Of a DNA stretch of 64,000 bases, positions 50,150 to 62,240 are shown piece after piece. Under the pieces are notes generated by a model. The model worked only from the letters and a program-made list of their open reading frames with translations. It searched no databases and was not told the origin of the DNA. A program made the position numbers and the translations under genes. Origin of the DNA: Neoechinorhynchus agilis (lineage: Eukaryota > Animalia > Acanthocephala); the NCBI GenBank assembly GCA_051530055.1, contig CM121341.1, positions 12,130,784-12,194,783 of the forward strand. Reading direction: 5' to 3'. The stretch's first letter is position 1. Every line of letters begins with the position of its first letter.

Positions 50150-51320
50150 TTTAAAATCCGATGTTTCGATACAATATTGTGCCTAGGTACAAAGCTTACT
50201 TTTTTTTTCCTCTGATAATAACCTTGATGAAGGCACAAGATTGTGCTGAAATATCAGATTTTAAAATAAAATTATTTTAATTTTTACGCCATAAAACAAC
50301 TAAATAAAAACTCGTTGGATATGCAATGTTGTGACCTTTCTTTAGATTCCCAATCGTATTAAATATCGTAACGGTCAAGCAACCAGGACTTTCTTTGATA
50401 ACCCGAGTTTCCTTAGTTCGACCTCCGCATTCCTCGCGCGGAATTGCACAATCGTCCGTAATTCCAATGTAGCTGCGAAGAAGCTTACACAGATTCTGTT
50501 TTCCATTATTTGCGAAAATGGGTATCTTTTCGGATTCTTCGAAACGATAACTCACAGCACCGCGTTTTTCACATTTGTAGCTCAATGAAAAGTCACATTT
50601 GTACGATCCGATCGCAATCGAACATATATTAGCAAATTCAACAGGATCAGTTTTAGCAAAGTCATAGATTGTTTGATTTAATGCAATCATCAGGAACTCA
50701 TTCGCATCGGACTGTCTATGGAAGTTTATTCCTTTGACAAAAGTAAGTCGTCGAATATGCCGCTTAGGGGCATCGAATGGGCCGAGCTAACGTTTTTGAT
50801 TCGCCGTAAAATTTTCTTTAATTCACATTTGAAACAAAAGGCATTATCGTAAATGTCATAAATGCATTCCGTCTCGGTTTAGACGCTGATAAATTGGTAA
50901 AATCAACGGTTGTACAAGCTTGCCTGAAGAACAGAATTCAGAAAGCATTTTACGGTGACAGAGAATCGTCCCCTTTTGCTTGCGCTTCCTTCATTTCCAT
51001 CTTTGAATTTCCATTTCTTCAAAAGCATTCCACGATCCCGATTTCGTTTAACGATATCTGATTTTCAATCGTTTTGATCGAGGAGCTCGGTTCTTAATGT
51101 TAGCAAATCGCATAGATCGCCCTCCCAACACATTTTTCGGGTTTGATCGGGATCAATATCAGTTTAAGCGCCCGATTTCCTCTTTCTTGCTCTCTGTTCA
51201 CATCTCTGGGTTTTTCAGATTTCTCGTCAATCTCAATTTCATTCGCTTCCTCTTTTTTCTCTTCATAGTCACAAAAAATTAACTCTTCGCCGTTAATTGC
51301 TTCGCCCGCCACCGCCCAAC
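50150..51320 (-). pseudogene. Degenerate ubiquitin-specific protease (peptidase C19)-like sequence
   Basis: Cys-box 'KCFLNSVLQA' (50921-50950) and 'RQSDANEFLMIALN' (50681-50718), decayed CxxC remnants, in-frame stops, no introns seen. Confidence 0.65.
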
Positions 51321-52199
51321 ATTTTTCAATTTCATTTCAACCTTCCTCTTACATCTTCTTTGCATATCGTTCAAATTTATTTTTGATCTTACTTTTGAAT
51401 TCCGCTTTCCCCAAATTCTTTATGTTGATTCGAAAACTTTCTATATCGGTTCCTTCCATTTCCGCCTATATTTCTGCCACTCGGATTGCCTGAACAAATC
51501 TTGATTGAATCTCTTTTTCCATTGTTTTTCTGCTTATTTGATTGTATCAATCTGCTACTTCCAATAATCCAATAGAGAAGCCAATCGCGAGCAATATAAT
51601 TGGGGCCAATAATGTTGTTATTGTAATGCGTTCCCTCAAAACAACGAGTACAATTCTGCAGATTCAATTTTCATATAGTGGCTGATATTTTAGAACGTTG
51701 ACTTGGGAGAAAAATGAAAATAATGTTTAATCTGAAAATTTTATTTTGCATTCACGAAACATAAAAATCGTCCTAGCCAAAAATTATAATGTTTTTGGTG
51801 TTCATCGCTCTATTTTTTAATGTTCATTGTTGAGCGATGAACAAATATTTGGTTCCGTCTCGCTCGAATGATAATCGAGTCGATTTTCTATGAACGTCGT
51901 ATTGAGTGAAGCATTGCACTGTCCTTTTACCGTCGGTGTCAACAGAATCTCCAACGATGCAAATATTTAGGATATTGGGACTTTAATGGCGACGTTTCGG
52001 AAGTTGAAATTCCGACCCATAACAAGAAAATTGAGCTTATAGTGGTAGCAGTCCATAAAATTTCATGTATCCTTTGAATTTTTAGGTCACTTTTCCTGCT
52101 TTACTATTTCCAATGTTTTTAATCTCTGCGGTGGTTCTCTCTCTATTTTACTACTTCAACTATCGCAAAAGCATTAACTGAACGTCCAAAGTAGTATTT

Positions 52200-52800
52200 A
52201 TCCTCTTCGTCAATCGTTCCAACGTTTCGCTTACGAATTTCGTTTAATCTCGTTGATTGATGTTCCTTCTGTTCGTCGACTTAAAGCCTTCGCATTCATC
52301 GACTGGACGCCGTATTCCGTCTTTTTTGTCATTATCACAAGTTCCAGAACTTCTCGTCCGAATTTCGTTTAATCTGGGTGATTGATGTTCCTTCTATTCG
52401 TCAACTATAATCATTCCGAATTCATCAATTGGATGTCGTCGACCGTCTTTATCCTCGTCGTCAGCAGTTGCAGCTTCTCGCCTCCGAATTTCTTTTAATC
52501 TCTGTGAGCGATTTTCCTTCTCTTCGTCAACTTTAAGCGTTCCATGTCCATCAACATGACTTCGTCAATCGTCTTTATCCTCTTCATCAATCGTTCCAGC
52601 CCTTAGCTTCCGAATTCCCTTTAATCTCGATGAGTGATATTCCTTCTCTTCGTCGACTTAAAGCCTTCACTGTTCATCAACTGAACGTCTTCTACCGTCC
52701 TTTTTGTCTTTATCATAAGTTCCAGGACTTCTCTTCTGAACTTCCTTTAACCCTTCTCTTCGTCAACTTTAAGCGTTCCGAATTCATCAACTGGAAGTCA
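52200..52800. repeat. Degenerate ~125-bp tandem repeat (~5 copies)
   Basis: 'aatttc.tttaatct...ttccttct.ttcgtc.act' at ~52238, 52361, 52487 and 52612. Confidence 0.8.
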
Positions 52801-52820
52801 GGAACCACTATTATGTTATC

Positions 52821-53225
52821 TCAAGAAATTCTTCGTTTTAAAGGATCCTTCAACGGAGGATTGGGATACGCAACGACTACGGCATTCCAAGAAATCCCTC
52901 TATAACCCAACGATAGAATGGGGTGTACCACATTTGCGGGATCCCGAGAAATCCTTCGTTTTAAAGAATCCCCCAACCCCAACGAAGGATTGGGATGCTC
53001 CACGAATACGGCATCCCGCGAAATCCCTAGTTTCAAAAAATAACCCAACAAATGATTGGGATGTATCACGATTATGGAGTCCCGAGAAATCCTTCGTTTC
53101 AAAGCATCTCCCAACGAAGGATTGAGATGCACCATGATTACGGTATCCTGAAAAATACTTTGTTTCAGAGACAATGAATTGTTGGCTCGGAATGGATACT
53201 CAGGTAGGAGATCAGAAAACTTCAA
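52821..53225 (-). CDS. ORF with ~24-aa internal repeats (LKRRISRD..V.HPNPSLG); function unknown, probably decayed
   Basis: Four degenerate repeats are visible in the translation; they correspond to ~70-bp DNA repeats. Confidence 0.35.
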   Translation of the reverse strand: MKFSDLLPEYPFRANNSLSLKQSIFQDTVIMVHLNPSLGDALKRRISRDSIIVIHPNHLLGYFLKLGISRDAVFVEHPNPSLGLGDSLKRRISRDPANVVHPILSLGYRGISWNAVVVAYPNPPLKDPLKRRIS

Positions 53226-53229
53226 TTAC

Positions 53230-53955
53230 GCTCAGAAAAGGCTAACCAGCGAATAGTTCGTGATCTCGAGAGGAATCGGCAAAAGCTAAAGATTATTCTG
53301 AAGATTCCATTCGTCAGCGAGCAATTCACGAACGACATATTACGACTGCTGCGAAGAGCGGAACTGCATGTTCGCCTGGTTCTCCGGCGTTGCGTCGAAT
53401 CATGACGAGGACGGGGAACATCATGAAGCACTAAGTTCATGCCCGAACGCACGCCAGGCAAGGACAGGAATGGTCAATATGGTGGTGCACGGTGTGGAGA
53501 GAACGCAACGTTGTGTATAAGATGACCTGCGAACGTTGCAAAGAAGAAGGAAATGTCGTTATATCATACATTGGGAAGACGGAGCGACCGCTGAACAAAC
53601 GAGTTACGGAGCATGTACGTAATGCGCTCAACCCCAGTACGCAAGCAGTCACACCTCGGGCGAAACACAATTCGCGGTGCCATTCAGATGGCGAGGTGAA
53701 CCTCTTTACCGAGATCACTTATAAAGCCCGAGACCCGGTGGATTTAACGATAGCGGCGGTGATTTCGGGAGCGACGATGAGTTCGAATCGGGAAAGAACT
53801 GAGGATGAGGGCGGGCGGATGCACCTCATCAACCACAAGAGGGATGAGTTAGTGGCGTCGATGTGGATGTTGTGACTTGTTTGTGTGTCCCTGCCTCACA
53901 TTTTAGATTGCCCAGTTGAAGCCGTAAAACGGCGAAAGCTAGGCAAATAAATCAA
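53230..53955 (+). mobile_element. Penelope-like element 3' fragment (linker + GIY-YIG + pLTR)
   Basis: 'LKIPFVSEQFT' linker and 'NVVYKMTCERC...SYIGKTERPLNKRVTEH', then a hammerhead motif and AATAAA. Confidence 0.85.
53908..53946 (+). ncRNA. Minimal type I hammerhead ribozyme motif (core decayed)
   Basis: TTGCC-cagttga-a-GCCG-taaaa-CGGC-GAAA-GC-TA-GGCAA. Perfect stems I and II, palindromic AGCU stem III; the core differs from CUGAUGA at 2 positions. Confidence 0.7.
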
Positions 53956-54100
53956 CTACATTTCAGTGTATATGTCAAATTAATTTAAAATCCTTTGATA
54001 GCAAACTCAAGGTTCATGTAACCGACGAAATTTAGCGTAGAAGTTACGAAGTTGTCACAAAAAATGACTGATTCAACGTTCATGGTATTATGTCTTTCAC

Positions 54101-56500
54101 GTGGACAAAGGAATTTCGCCGTCAACGATGCCACCACCGCCGTCAACGATGCCACCACCGCCGTCAACGATGCCACCACCGCCGTCAACGATGCCACCAC
54201 CGCCGTCAACGATGCCACCACCGCCGTCAACGATGCCACCACCGCCGTCAACGATGCCACCACCGCCGTCAACGATGCCACCACCGTCGTCAACGATGCC
54301 ACCACCGCCGTCAACGATGCCACCACCGCCGTCAACGATGCCACCACCGCCGTCTTCGGGTCACGGGCTTGACGGACTAAGGCCTCAGCACTTAAAGGAC
54401 ATGATGTCCTTTTCAACTGGTGAAGCAGCTCTCTCTCTAGAAAGTGCGCTTTCTCGAATAGTCGACCGCCTGACTGGAGAGGACCTGAACCCCGTTGCAA
54501 AAGACCTATTTTTCGGAGCATCATTATGTGCTCTCACAAAAAAAGAAGGTGGGATTCGTCCCATCGCCGTATCTTCGACGATACGCCGACTTGCAGGAAA
54601 AATTCTCTGCAAACGTATTACAGAGAAAACCGGGCAGCAACTTCGTCCAGTCCAACTGGGCTGCTGCACATCCTGCGGGGCGGAAGCTATCGTCCACTCG
54701 CTCCGAAACTTTGCTACGAGTAGCTCAGCGCCGTGCGTGATTCTTAAGTGCGATTTTCGGAACGCCTTTAACTCTCTTAATAGAGAAAGCATGTTCCGCG
54801 CAATTAGGGATCACGCACCAGAAGCCTTCCAGTATTTTCTCAATGCCTACGGGACGGCGATTCCTTTGCTTTTCGAAGACCACCTCATTTGGTCCGAAAG
54901 AGGAGTGCAGCAAGGAGATCCCCTCGGTCCAATCGGATTCTCCCTAACAGTAAACCCAATAGCGCATTCTCTCCATTCCAGCTTCAACGCTTGGTACTTG
55001 GATGACGCTACGCTCGGAGGTGATCCCTCCGTTGTACTGCGCGATTTGGAGACGCTGATTAGGGAGACCTCGAAGATGGGCATTGAGCTTAATGCTGGAA
55101 AATGTGAGCTCCTTGTACTGAATATTGGAGACGCCGCTAAAGTCAAAGAACTAATGGCTGGGTTCGAGGCCGTAGCTCCAGGTCTGAAACTCGTGACTCG
55201 GGAACAACTCAGCCTCTTGGGCAGTTGTGTCTTCGATTCAAATGTGGAAGATGAGATCATCCGTATCATACCAAAACTTTCGTTGCTGTGCGATAAGGTG
55301 AGCGCTCTCTCGGTTCACGAAGCGTTATCTCTGATAAAGAACTCACTCTTTATCCCCAAATTATTATATAAGGACCGCACAGCAACATGCTTCAAACATA
55401 AGGAAGGATTGGCTAAGCTCGACGGCAAGGTGAAGGCTTGTATCGAGTGTATTTTAAATGTCCAGCTCTCAGATGAGGCGTGGCGACAAGCTTCTTTGCC
55501 TGTGTCATCTGGGGGATTGGGAATTCGGGCACTAGTCGACCTTGCTTTGCCGGCCTTTCTTGGATCGTTTGAGGGGAGCCTACCAGTCTCGAAGAACATT
55601 TTGAAAGAAAAGTTTTGTCTTGACCGGGATTTCGTGGTGGCGGTTGAGGAATGGTGCCAGCAGACAGGCGCTAACCAAGTTCCCGTGAATGGCCTCAGAC
55701 AGTCGATCTGGGACGGACCTCTTGTCGCGAGAGCTCACAGCTCTCTTCTTTCAGGTTCTCGCGATGGGGTCGTCCGAGCTAGACTGTTGGCAGTTTCAAC
55801 ACGAGAATCTGGGGCGTGGTTGGAGGCTGTTCCTCTGGCATCTGTGGGAACTCTTCTTACTGACGAGGTGACGAGGATCGCAGTATCCTTAAGACTCGGT
55901 CTCCCGATATGCACGCCCCATCGCTGTCGATGTGGGTCTTTGGTTGATGCTTTCGGGCGACACGGTCTCGTCTGCAGAAGGTCAGCAGGAAGGTTTTCAC
56001 GCCATTCTGAAATCAATAACGTAATTTCTCGGGCGTTGAGAACGGCGAACTTCCCGAACATCCTGGAACCCGCCCACCTCTGCAGACTAGACGGCCGTAG
56101 GCCCGATGGAATTTCGGTCTTCCCGTGGCGGGAGGGCAAATGCCTTCTCTGGGACGCCACGTGTGTGGACACCCTCGCAGCCAGCAACATCCCCTACTCC
56201 CTCGAAATCGCCGGTGGTGCCGCCAGTGCAGCGGAAGGGAGGAAGGTACGAAAATATATGCAGCTATCGAGGGCTCACTATTTTGTCCCCTTTGGGGTAG
56301 AGACGTATGGAGCGCTCGGCAGCTCGGCACTCTCTCTGCTCAAGGATCTCTCGAAGAAATTGAGAGAGGCAACCGGAGACTCAAGAGCAGGCTTATTTCT
56401 TCGACAAAATATCTCGCTGGCAGTACAACGGGGCAATGCTGCCAGCGTGATGGCGACGGTCGAGGAAGGACAAAAGCTGGAATTTGGTGGGAGGTGGTGA
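54101..56500 (+). mobile_element. CRE-like non-LTR retrotransposon with an uninterrupted RT-ZnF-REL ORF (799 aa), 5'-truncated
   Basis: 'DGLRPQHLKD', 'RPIAVSSTIRRLAGK', 'DFRNAFNS', 'GVQQGDPLGP', 'WYLDD', 'CRCG..HGLVC', 'RPDG..WDATC..KVRKY..VETYG..QRGNA'. AATAAA at ~56552. Confidence 0.95.
54118..54354 (+). repeat. 21-bp minisatellite x11 (tcaacgatgccaccaccgccg) encoding (STMPPPP)n
   Basis: Directly visible; one copy has a single substitution. Confidence 0.98.
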
Positions 56501-56689
56501 ATGTAAAGAAAAGTAACCAAATAGAAAAGAGCTCCGAAAATAATCGGATTTAATAAAAAATAAAGATATTTTGATCCCAGAAAAATAAGAAAACGATTCC
56601 TAAAGCGACGGCGAAGGCAGAAATTATTACAAGGAACGTCCTTACCATTTAAAGACGCTTTTCAATTGGATGGAAATTAATTTTTCGTC

Positions 56690-56740
56690 CAATGAAATTT
56701 TCATGATGGGCGACTTAAACTTTCCGAGATGCTCTGGGTG
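56690..56740 (+). pseudogene. Possible APE endonuclease remnant
   Basis: A single motif, 'IFMMGDLNFP'. Confidence 0.3.
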
Positions 56741-57263
56741 CCAAAAATGCGGAGACTGGCATCGCACATTGCTCAAAAAACATAACAACATAAAATTCCA
56801 GAATAGATTTAAGAAATGTTCAAATCATAAATACGATGAAGATGAAACCATGGTCCAACAAATAATCGCAGGACAATAGGTGATCTGTAATTAAGATATT
56901 ATAGGTCTTATCAAGAAAAGAAGCGCATGAGTTAAAGATTGATGCAGTGGACACAGGCGGAAAGTTCGGTAACGCTTTAATATAATTTTCATACAGGACA
57001 CAAAATCAATTTATGACCTAGAAAGTTTACGAAAATGTTTCCGAAATCTACAAGCAGACTTTATTACATTTTTAACACCCCTGCCGGTAAAAATTCCAAA
57101 GGTCTTTTATCTATCTTCAACGTTTCTCTCAATCCGATTCTTATTGGCCAATTTATCACGAATTATATCTCATATGCTATTTTCGCCGTTTGTTTAGATG
57201 AGTATAAATTGATATTTATTAATGGCGAATTTTTACCTCCTCGAGAGTAGAGAAATTTATTTT

Positions 57264-57298
57264 GAATTTTCGAGGCCTTAGCCTCCTCATCAGACATC
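57264..57298 (-). ncRNA. Hammerhead motif with a canonical core, lacking the 3' strand of stem I
   Basis: Reverse complement reads gatgt-CTGATGA-g-GAGG-ctaagg-CCTC-GAAA-AT-TC|aaaataaa. Confidence 0.7.
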
Positions 57299-58510
57299 TA
57301 AAAGGGGAAATTCAGTCAGACGTCATCCAATTTCGCTATCTGGATTCAGGAGCGCGAGGTCATTAGTTATTGGTAGGCTCAATGCGAAATTGTTTTTGTT
57401 ACCCCCCATCGTTTCTTCCGTCTCGATAAATATCGCTTCCATAATTAGTCGCCTGTGTAATTGGTCCACTACCTTCGCGCCATCGAAGTCGATACGGTGG
57501 TCGTGTACACTGGCGTGATTAAAAATAGCAGAAGCGATGTCACCCCTTCTTAATGCATACTTGTGTTTTTGAATTCTTTTTGTGATACCCTGCTTTGTTT
57601 GTTAAATGTAGACTTGTGAACAGTTTTTGCAGGGTATCGAATAAACAACACAATTGTTCTCCTCATAATTGTCGGGCTTCGATTTGAAAATTCCGCTCAA
57701 TTTCGCGCTAGAAAGGTGATATGGTACTAAATCAATATCTTTAGATTCCCTCGCTATATGTGTGAGGTAATTCGACACTTTCGTGGAAACATAGGTCGAA
57801 CGAATAAACCTCTTTTCCTTGGCCTCTGATTGTGGTGGTCTTGTACTTATGTGAGTTGCTCTGTATCTTGCTTTGTTGATGGCGAATTTTGGATACTCAA
57901 ACTCAATCAATTTTTGGCAGATTTCGTGGATACCTTTGTCTCTTAGGATTTGATTACTTCCGATCTCCATTGCCCTTTTCATCAAATTAGAAGCTGCATT
58001 GATTTTGTACTTGATAGGGCCATGGCTTTTCCAGTGATTAGGTCCCCACGGAATATTAAGTTTATGGTAGACGCAAGTATCGATAGACGTATCAAATCTT
58101 TGCACTAAAACATCCAAAAAGTTCGTTTTGTTATCACTGTTCTCGAAGCCTATTGTCCATTTTATGGATGGATGGATGAATGTCATTTAACCTCTTTTGT
58201 AGATCAATCGTTGTCGGGTCAACGTTCGTTATTAAGAAAGCATCATCCACGTACCTCCACCATTCTAATATTTCGGGAAATCTGTTCTTGATGACGCTTT
58301 CATAATTAATCATAAAAATGTTCGCCAACACTGGGCCAAAGGCGAACCCATTGTAACTCCATCGGTTTGTTCGTAGTATTTTTCGTCGAATTGAAATGCT
58401 GATTTCGTTGTGCAAAAATCAATCAACCTAATCCATTCTGCTTGTGGTAATTTTGGATCCCTGACAGCGGATGTTGTATCTCTATTTACCAACATTCCTC
58501 TTGCCGAAAC
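57264..58510 (-). mobile_element. Penelope-like element (RT + GIY-YIG + hammerhead), frameshifted; related to the element at 1-1325
   Basis: 'YEQTDGVTMGSPL', 'WWRYVDDAF', 'NFLDVLV', 'CVVYSIPCKNCSQVYI'; pLTR similar to 1290-1320. Confidence 0.92.
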
Positions 58511-58519
58511 AATGACGAT

Positions 58520-61470
58520 GGCGGCTAAACTATTGGCTCCGAACACTTACCGCGACTAACGGTTCCTCAATCAAAACATTCGGAACCCGGATGGTGGTGC
58601 TTCGTTTCGGTAAATGGACGATTAAGTGGAAGTTCTGATCGCAGCTGTGCGGCAACCGCTGCTGGGGGCTGATTTCTTCGACACAGCGGACTGCTAGTCG
58701 ATGTCCGTGGGAAAAAGTTGGTCGACCCATTAACCCACAGGGGAGAAGGTATTCCCTCATCACGAAAAGAAACCGGAGTAGCTCAAGTGGATATGACAAG
58801 TCCAAAAATTTTGATTTACGCAAAGATGTTGAGTGCATTCCCGGGCATCAGTACTCACGATTTCTCGGGTACTGAGGTGAAGCATGGTGTGCGGCGCCAC
58901 ATTCAAACGAATTGTGCTCCTATCCACGCACGCGCGCGACGCCTTACACCTGAGAAACTAGCCATCGCACAAGAGGAATTCGCCAGAATGGAATCGCTCG
59001 GAATCATTCGACGATCAAGCAGCCAGTGGGCGTCTCCGTTACACGTGGTTCCGAAATCAGACGGCATATGGAGGCCGTGCGGCGATTATTGACGATTAAA
59101 CGAAATCACCACTAATGATAGATATCCGGTCCCTCACATCCACGATTTCTCAGCGCAGCTTTTCGGACGGAAGATATTCTCGATGGTCGATTTTGTCCTA
59201 GGCTATCATCAAATCCCGGTCGCAGAGCAAGGCAATCATAACGCCATTCGGTTTGTTCGAATTCCTCAGGATGCCTTTTGGCCTCAAAAATGCTGCACAA
59301 ACCTTTCAACGGCTGATGGACGCAGTCTGCTCCGGTCTTGATTTCGCTTTCGTGTACCTATATGACATCCTCATCGCCAGTTACAATCAGGCCGATCATT
59401 TACCCGACCTTAGAGTCCTATTCACTCGTCTAGCTGAACAGGGACTGGCCATCAACCTGCCAAAGTGCGTATTCGGCGTAAAGGATCTCGACTTTCTAGG
59501 TCATCGTGTCAGTGAAGAAGGAACCATCCCGATGCCCAGCAAGGTGGAAGCCATTCGAAGTTTTCCACGGCCAACGACAGTGAAGGCCCTTCAGGAGTCC
59601 GTGGGCATGGTAAATTTTTACCACCACTTTATGCCGGCGGCTTCCAAGTTGATGCGTCCACTATACCTCGCGTTATCACAAAAACCCCGAAAAAGATGTT
59701 TCTATGGACTGAAGAAATGGATAAAGCTTTCGAAGTTACAAAAAAGCACTGGCAGATGCCACCTTGCTTACCCACCGCGCCAAAGACATCCCCATTGCAA
59801 TCACCACGGACGCTTCCAATTATGCTGTCGGTGCCGTATTGCAACAGAAAATATCTGACAGTTGGAGACCGCTCGCCTTTTTCAGCCGTCAATTACGAAA
59901 ACCCGAGCAAAAATACAGTGCCTTCGATCGAGAGCTGCTAGCAATTTGTCTTGTGATCCGACATTTCCGTTATGCCGTGGAAGGACGCTCTTTGACGGTT
60001 TTCACGGATCATCGACTACTCACTTTTGCAATGGCACGAGTATCGGATCCCTGGTCAGCACGGCAACAACGACACCTGAGCTATATTTCCGAGTATACCA
60101 CAGACATCCAGCACGTTAGCGGACGTAACAATAGCGTGGCCGATACACTCTCTAAAGCAAAATTGAATAACGTCGCCGAGGGTATATCCTTTGAAGAGAT
60201 GTCGCGAGCACAAAAAGATGACTCGGAAACACAGGCTTTACGAACAGCAAAGACTGGATTACGTCTCCTTGATGTTCCAATTGGTGATGGTGAGATGACC
60301 ATTTTGTGCGATATTTCAACAGGAAGGCAAAGGCCGTTAGTACCCGTTGCTTGGAGACGCCGCGTTTTTGATGCCGTCCACGAACTTTCTCATCCTGGAA
60401 TCGGAGCTACGCGCAAGTTGGTTTCGAGCAAGTTCGTCTGGCAGGGTCTCGCCAAGGACGTGGGAAACTGGACGAAAATGTGTCTAGCCTGTCAAAAAGT
60501 GAAGATTCATCGACACGTTAAAGCACCGCCGGAAATATTCGATGTACCTACAAACAGATTTGCACACATACACGTGGATCTCGTAGGCCCTCTCCCACCT
60601 TCTCAGGGATCCACACACTTGTTGACGATAATAGACCGCTTCACGCGTTGGCACGAAGCGATTCCACTTTCAAAAACCGACACACTTTCATGTGCGCGAG
60701 CTTTGGTCAGCAATTGGATTTCGCGATTCGGGGTTTCGACGGACATCACCTCAGATAGGCGAGCGCAATTCACCTCCAAAATATGGACCGACATGTCCAA
60801 ATTACACCATACGACAGCTTATCATCCGCAGTCCAACGGTATGGTTGAAAGGATGCACCGGCACCTGAAAACGTCCTTAAAAGCCCGTCTCAAATGTGCC
60901 AATTGGTATGACGAGCTGCCGTGGGTATCGCCTAAATCCGATTTTGGGACGTCATCCGCTGAACAAGTCTACGGGAGCCCAATTAGAGTTCCCAGCGATT
61001 TCGTTAGCCCTACACAGACACGAGCCAATCAAGGAAACAAACTCGAAAGTTTGCTCGATAGGATCCGTTCGTTAGTCCCTGTACCGACTTCACGACATGG
61101 AAATATCTCGACCTACGTCCCAAAAGCCCTTAAGATCGCACATCATGTGTTCGTCAGGAGTGAGCAGATCGGAGGACCGCTGCTGCCAGCATACAGAGGA
61201 CCCTACAGAGTAATCGAAGCAGGTGAAAAATATTTCACGATTGATTATGGAGGACGCAACGAAAAGATTGCGATAGACAGGTTGAAACCCGGGCATTGTG
61301 ACCCTTCCTCTACAGTCGAAGCCGACATACCACGCAAGCGAGGACGGCCACGGAAGAAGACTTAGCGGAGCCTCTTGGGGGAGCTGTGTGGCGAGTACGT
61401 CAGAGGTCCACCAATCGATATGCACGCATAGAAGACAGAGCGCGCTGGTTTTTGTGTTGAACTACACATT
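58520..61470 (+). mobile_element. Gypsy/Ty3 LTR retrotransposon pol (PR remnant-RT-RNase H-IN) with PPT and possible short 3' LTR remnant; frameshifted
   Basis: 'WASPLHVVPKSDGIWRPCGDY', '[17 protein letters not shown]', 'TDASNYAVGAVL', 'YSAFDRELLA', 'H..SHPG...CLAC', 'VDLVGP..SD..QSNGMVER'. 'ggggga' is followed by TGT...ACA (~61385-61468). Confidence 0.93.
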
Positions 61471-61908
61471 TGTAAAATACTCCTCGTCCTGGTGGGGGAC
61501 AATATCTAATATTGGCTGGATAAAATCTGTAGATTTTCACCGGGTTATTGATACAATGCGCTCAAAACACCCTCTAGGATTCGTTTCAACGTCAGCAGCG
61601 TCGACTTCCTTTCAATCAAGGGCCGTCGCTTTGACCTTAAGGCCAATGGGATAGTTCTATATTTCAAATCTAAGAAAGACGATCAAAGTATTGAATCAAA
61701 AGAATATTTTAACGATAGCAAAAAAAATGAATTCTGCATCTCCTCATGATTGCAATAACGTCAGTTTAGGTAAGAGCATTTTTAAACTAAAAAAGACGAA
61801 CATAACGTCTGCCAAGGAGATGACGACTCTTCAAACGTGCGTATTACTTTAATTCGAAATTTATTTTAATCAAAGTAACTCACGATCGAGGAAAATGAGC
61901 AATAAATA

Positions 61909-62240
61909 GTGTTCCAAACCAGTCTACCATCGAATAAAAATGCTCTTGCAATGGATCGAGAAGATGCGCCTTATCTCTTAGATAGCCAAGGCATTTTCAA
62001 GGGAAAAATCAATCATAAGGAAGTCGTTGCGTACCTGTACGTTGCCTGCAAACGGAAGCACAGACCGAGAAGTCTGTTCGAATTCTCCAAGGTTTGCGGG
62101 ATACCACGAGCAGAACTTCATCAAAAGGTTTCTATCATCCTTGAGGCCTTGGGCAATAAATTTCCCTGTTCAAACGAAATGGATTATCTCAAAGAAGGTT
62201 GCATTCGATTAAGACTGAACACCAAAATTGAGGAAAAAGT
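61909..62240 (+). pseudogene. TFIIB-like cyclin-fold fragment
   Basis: 'SLPSN...FKGKINHKEVVAYLYVACKRKHRPRSLFEFSKVCGIPRAEL...ILEALG...DYLKEGCIRLRL' follows the first TFIIB core repeat pattern (KGR..AACLYIACR...PRT..EI...). No ATG start seen. Confidence 0.7.

Noticed and set aside
53985-54524. (AVVASLT)n, (DATTAVN)n and (RRQRCHH)n repeat proteins
   Set aside because: These are alternative frames of the 21-bp minisatellite; only the STMPPPP frame continues into a recognisable ORF.
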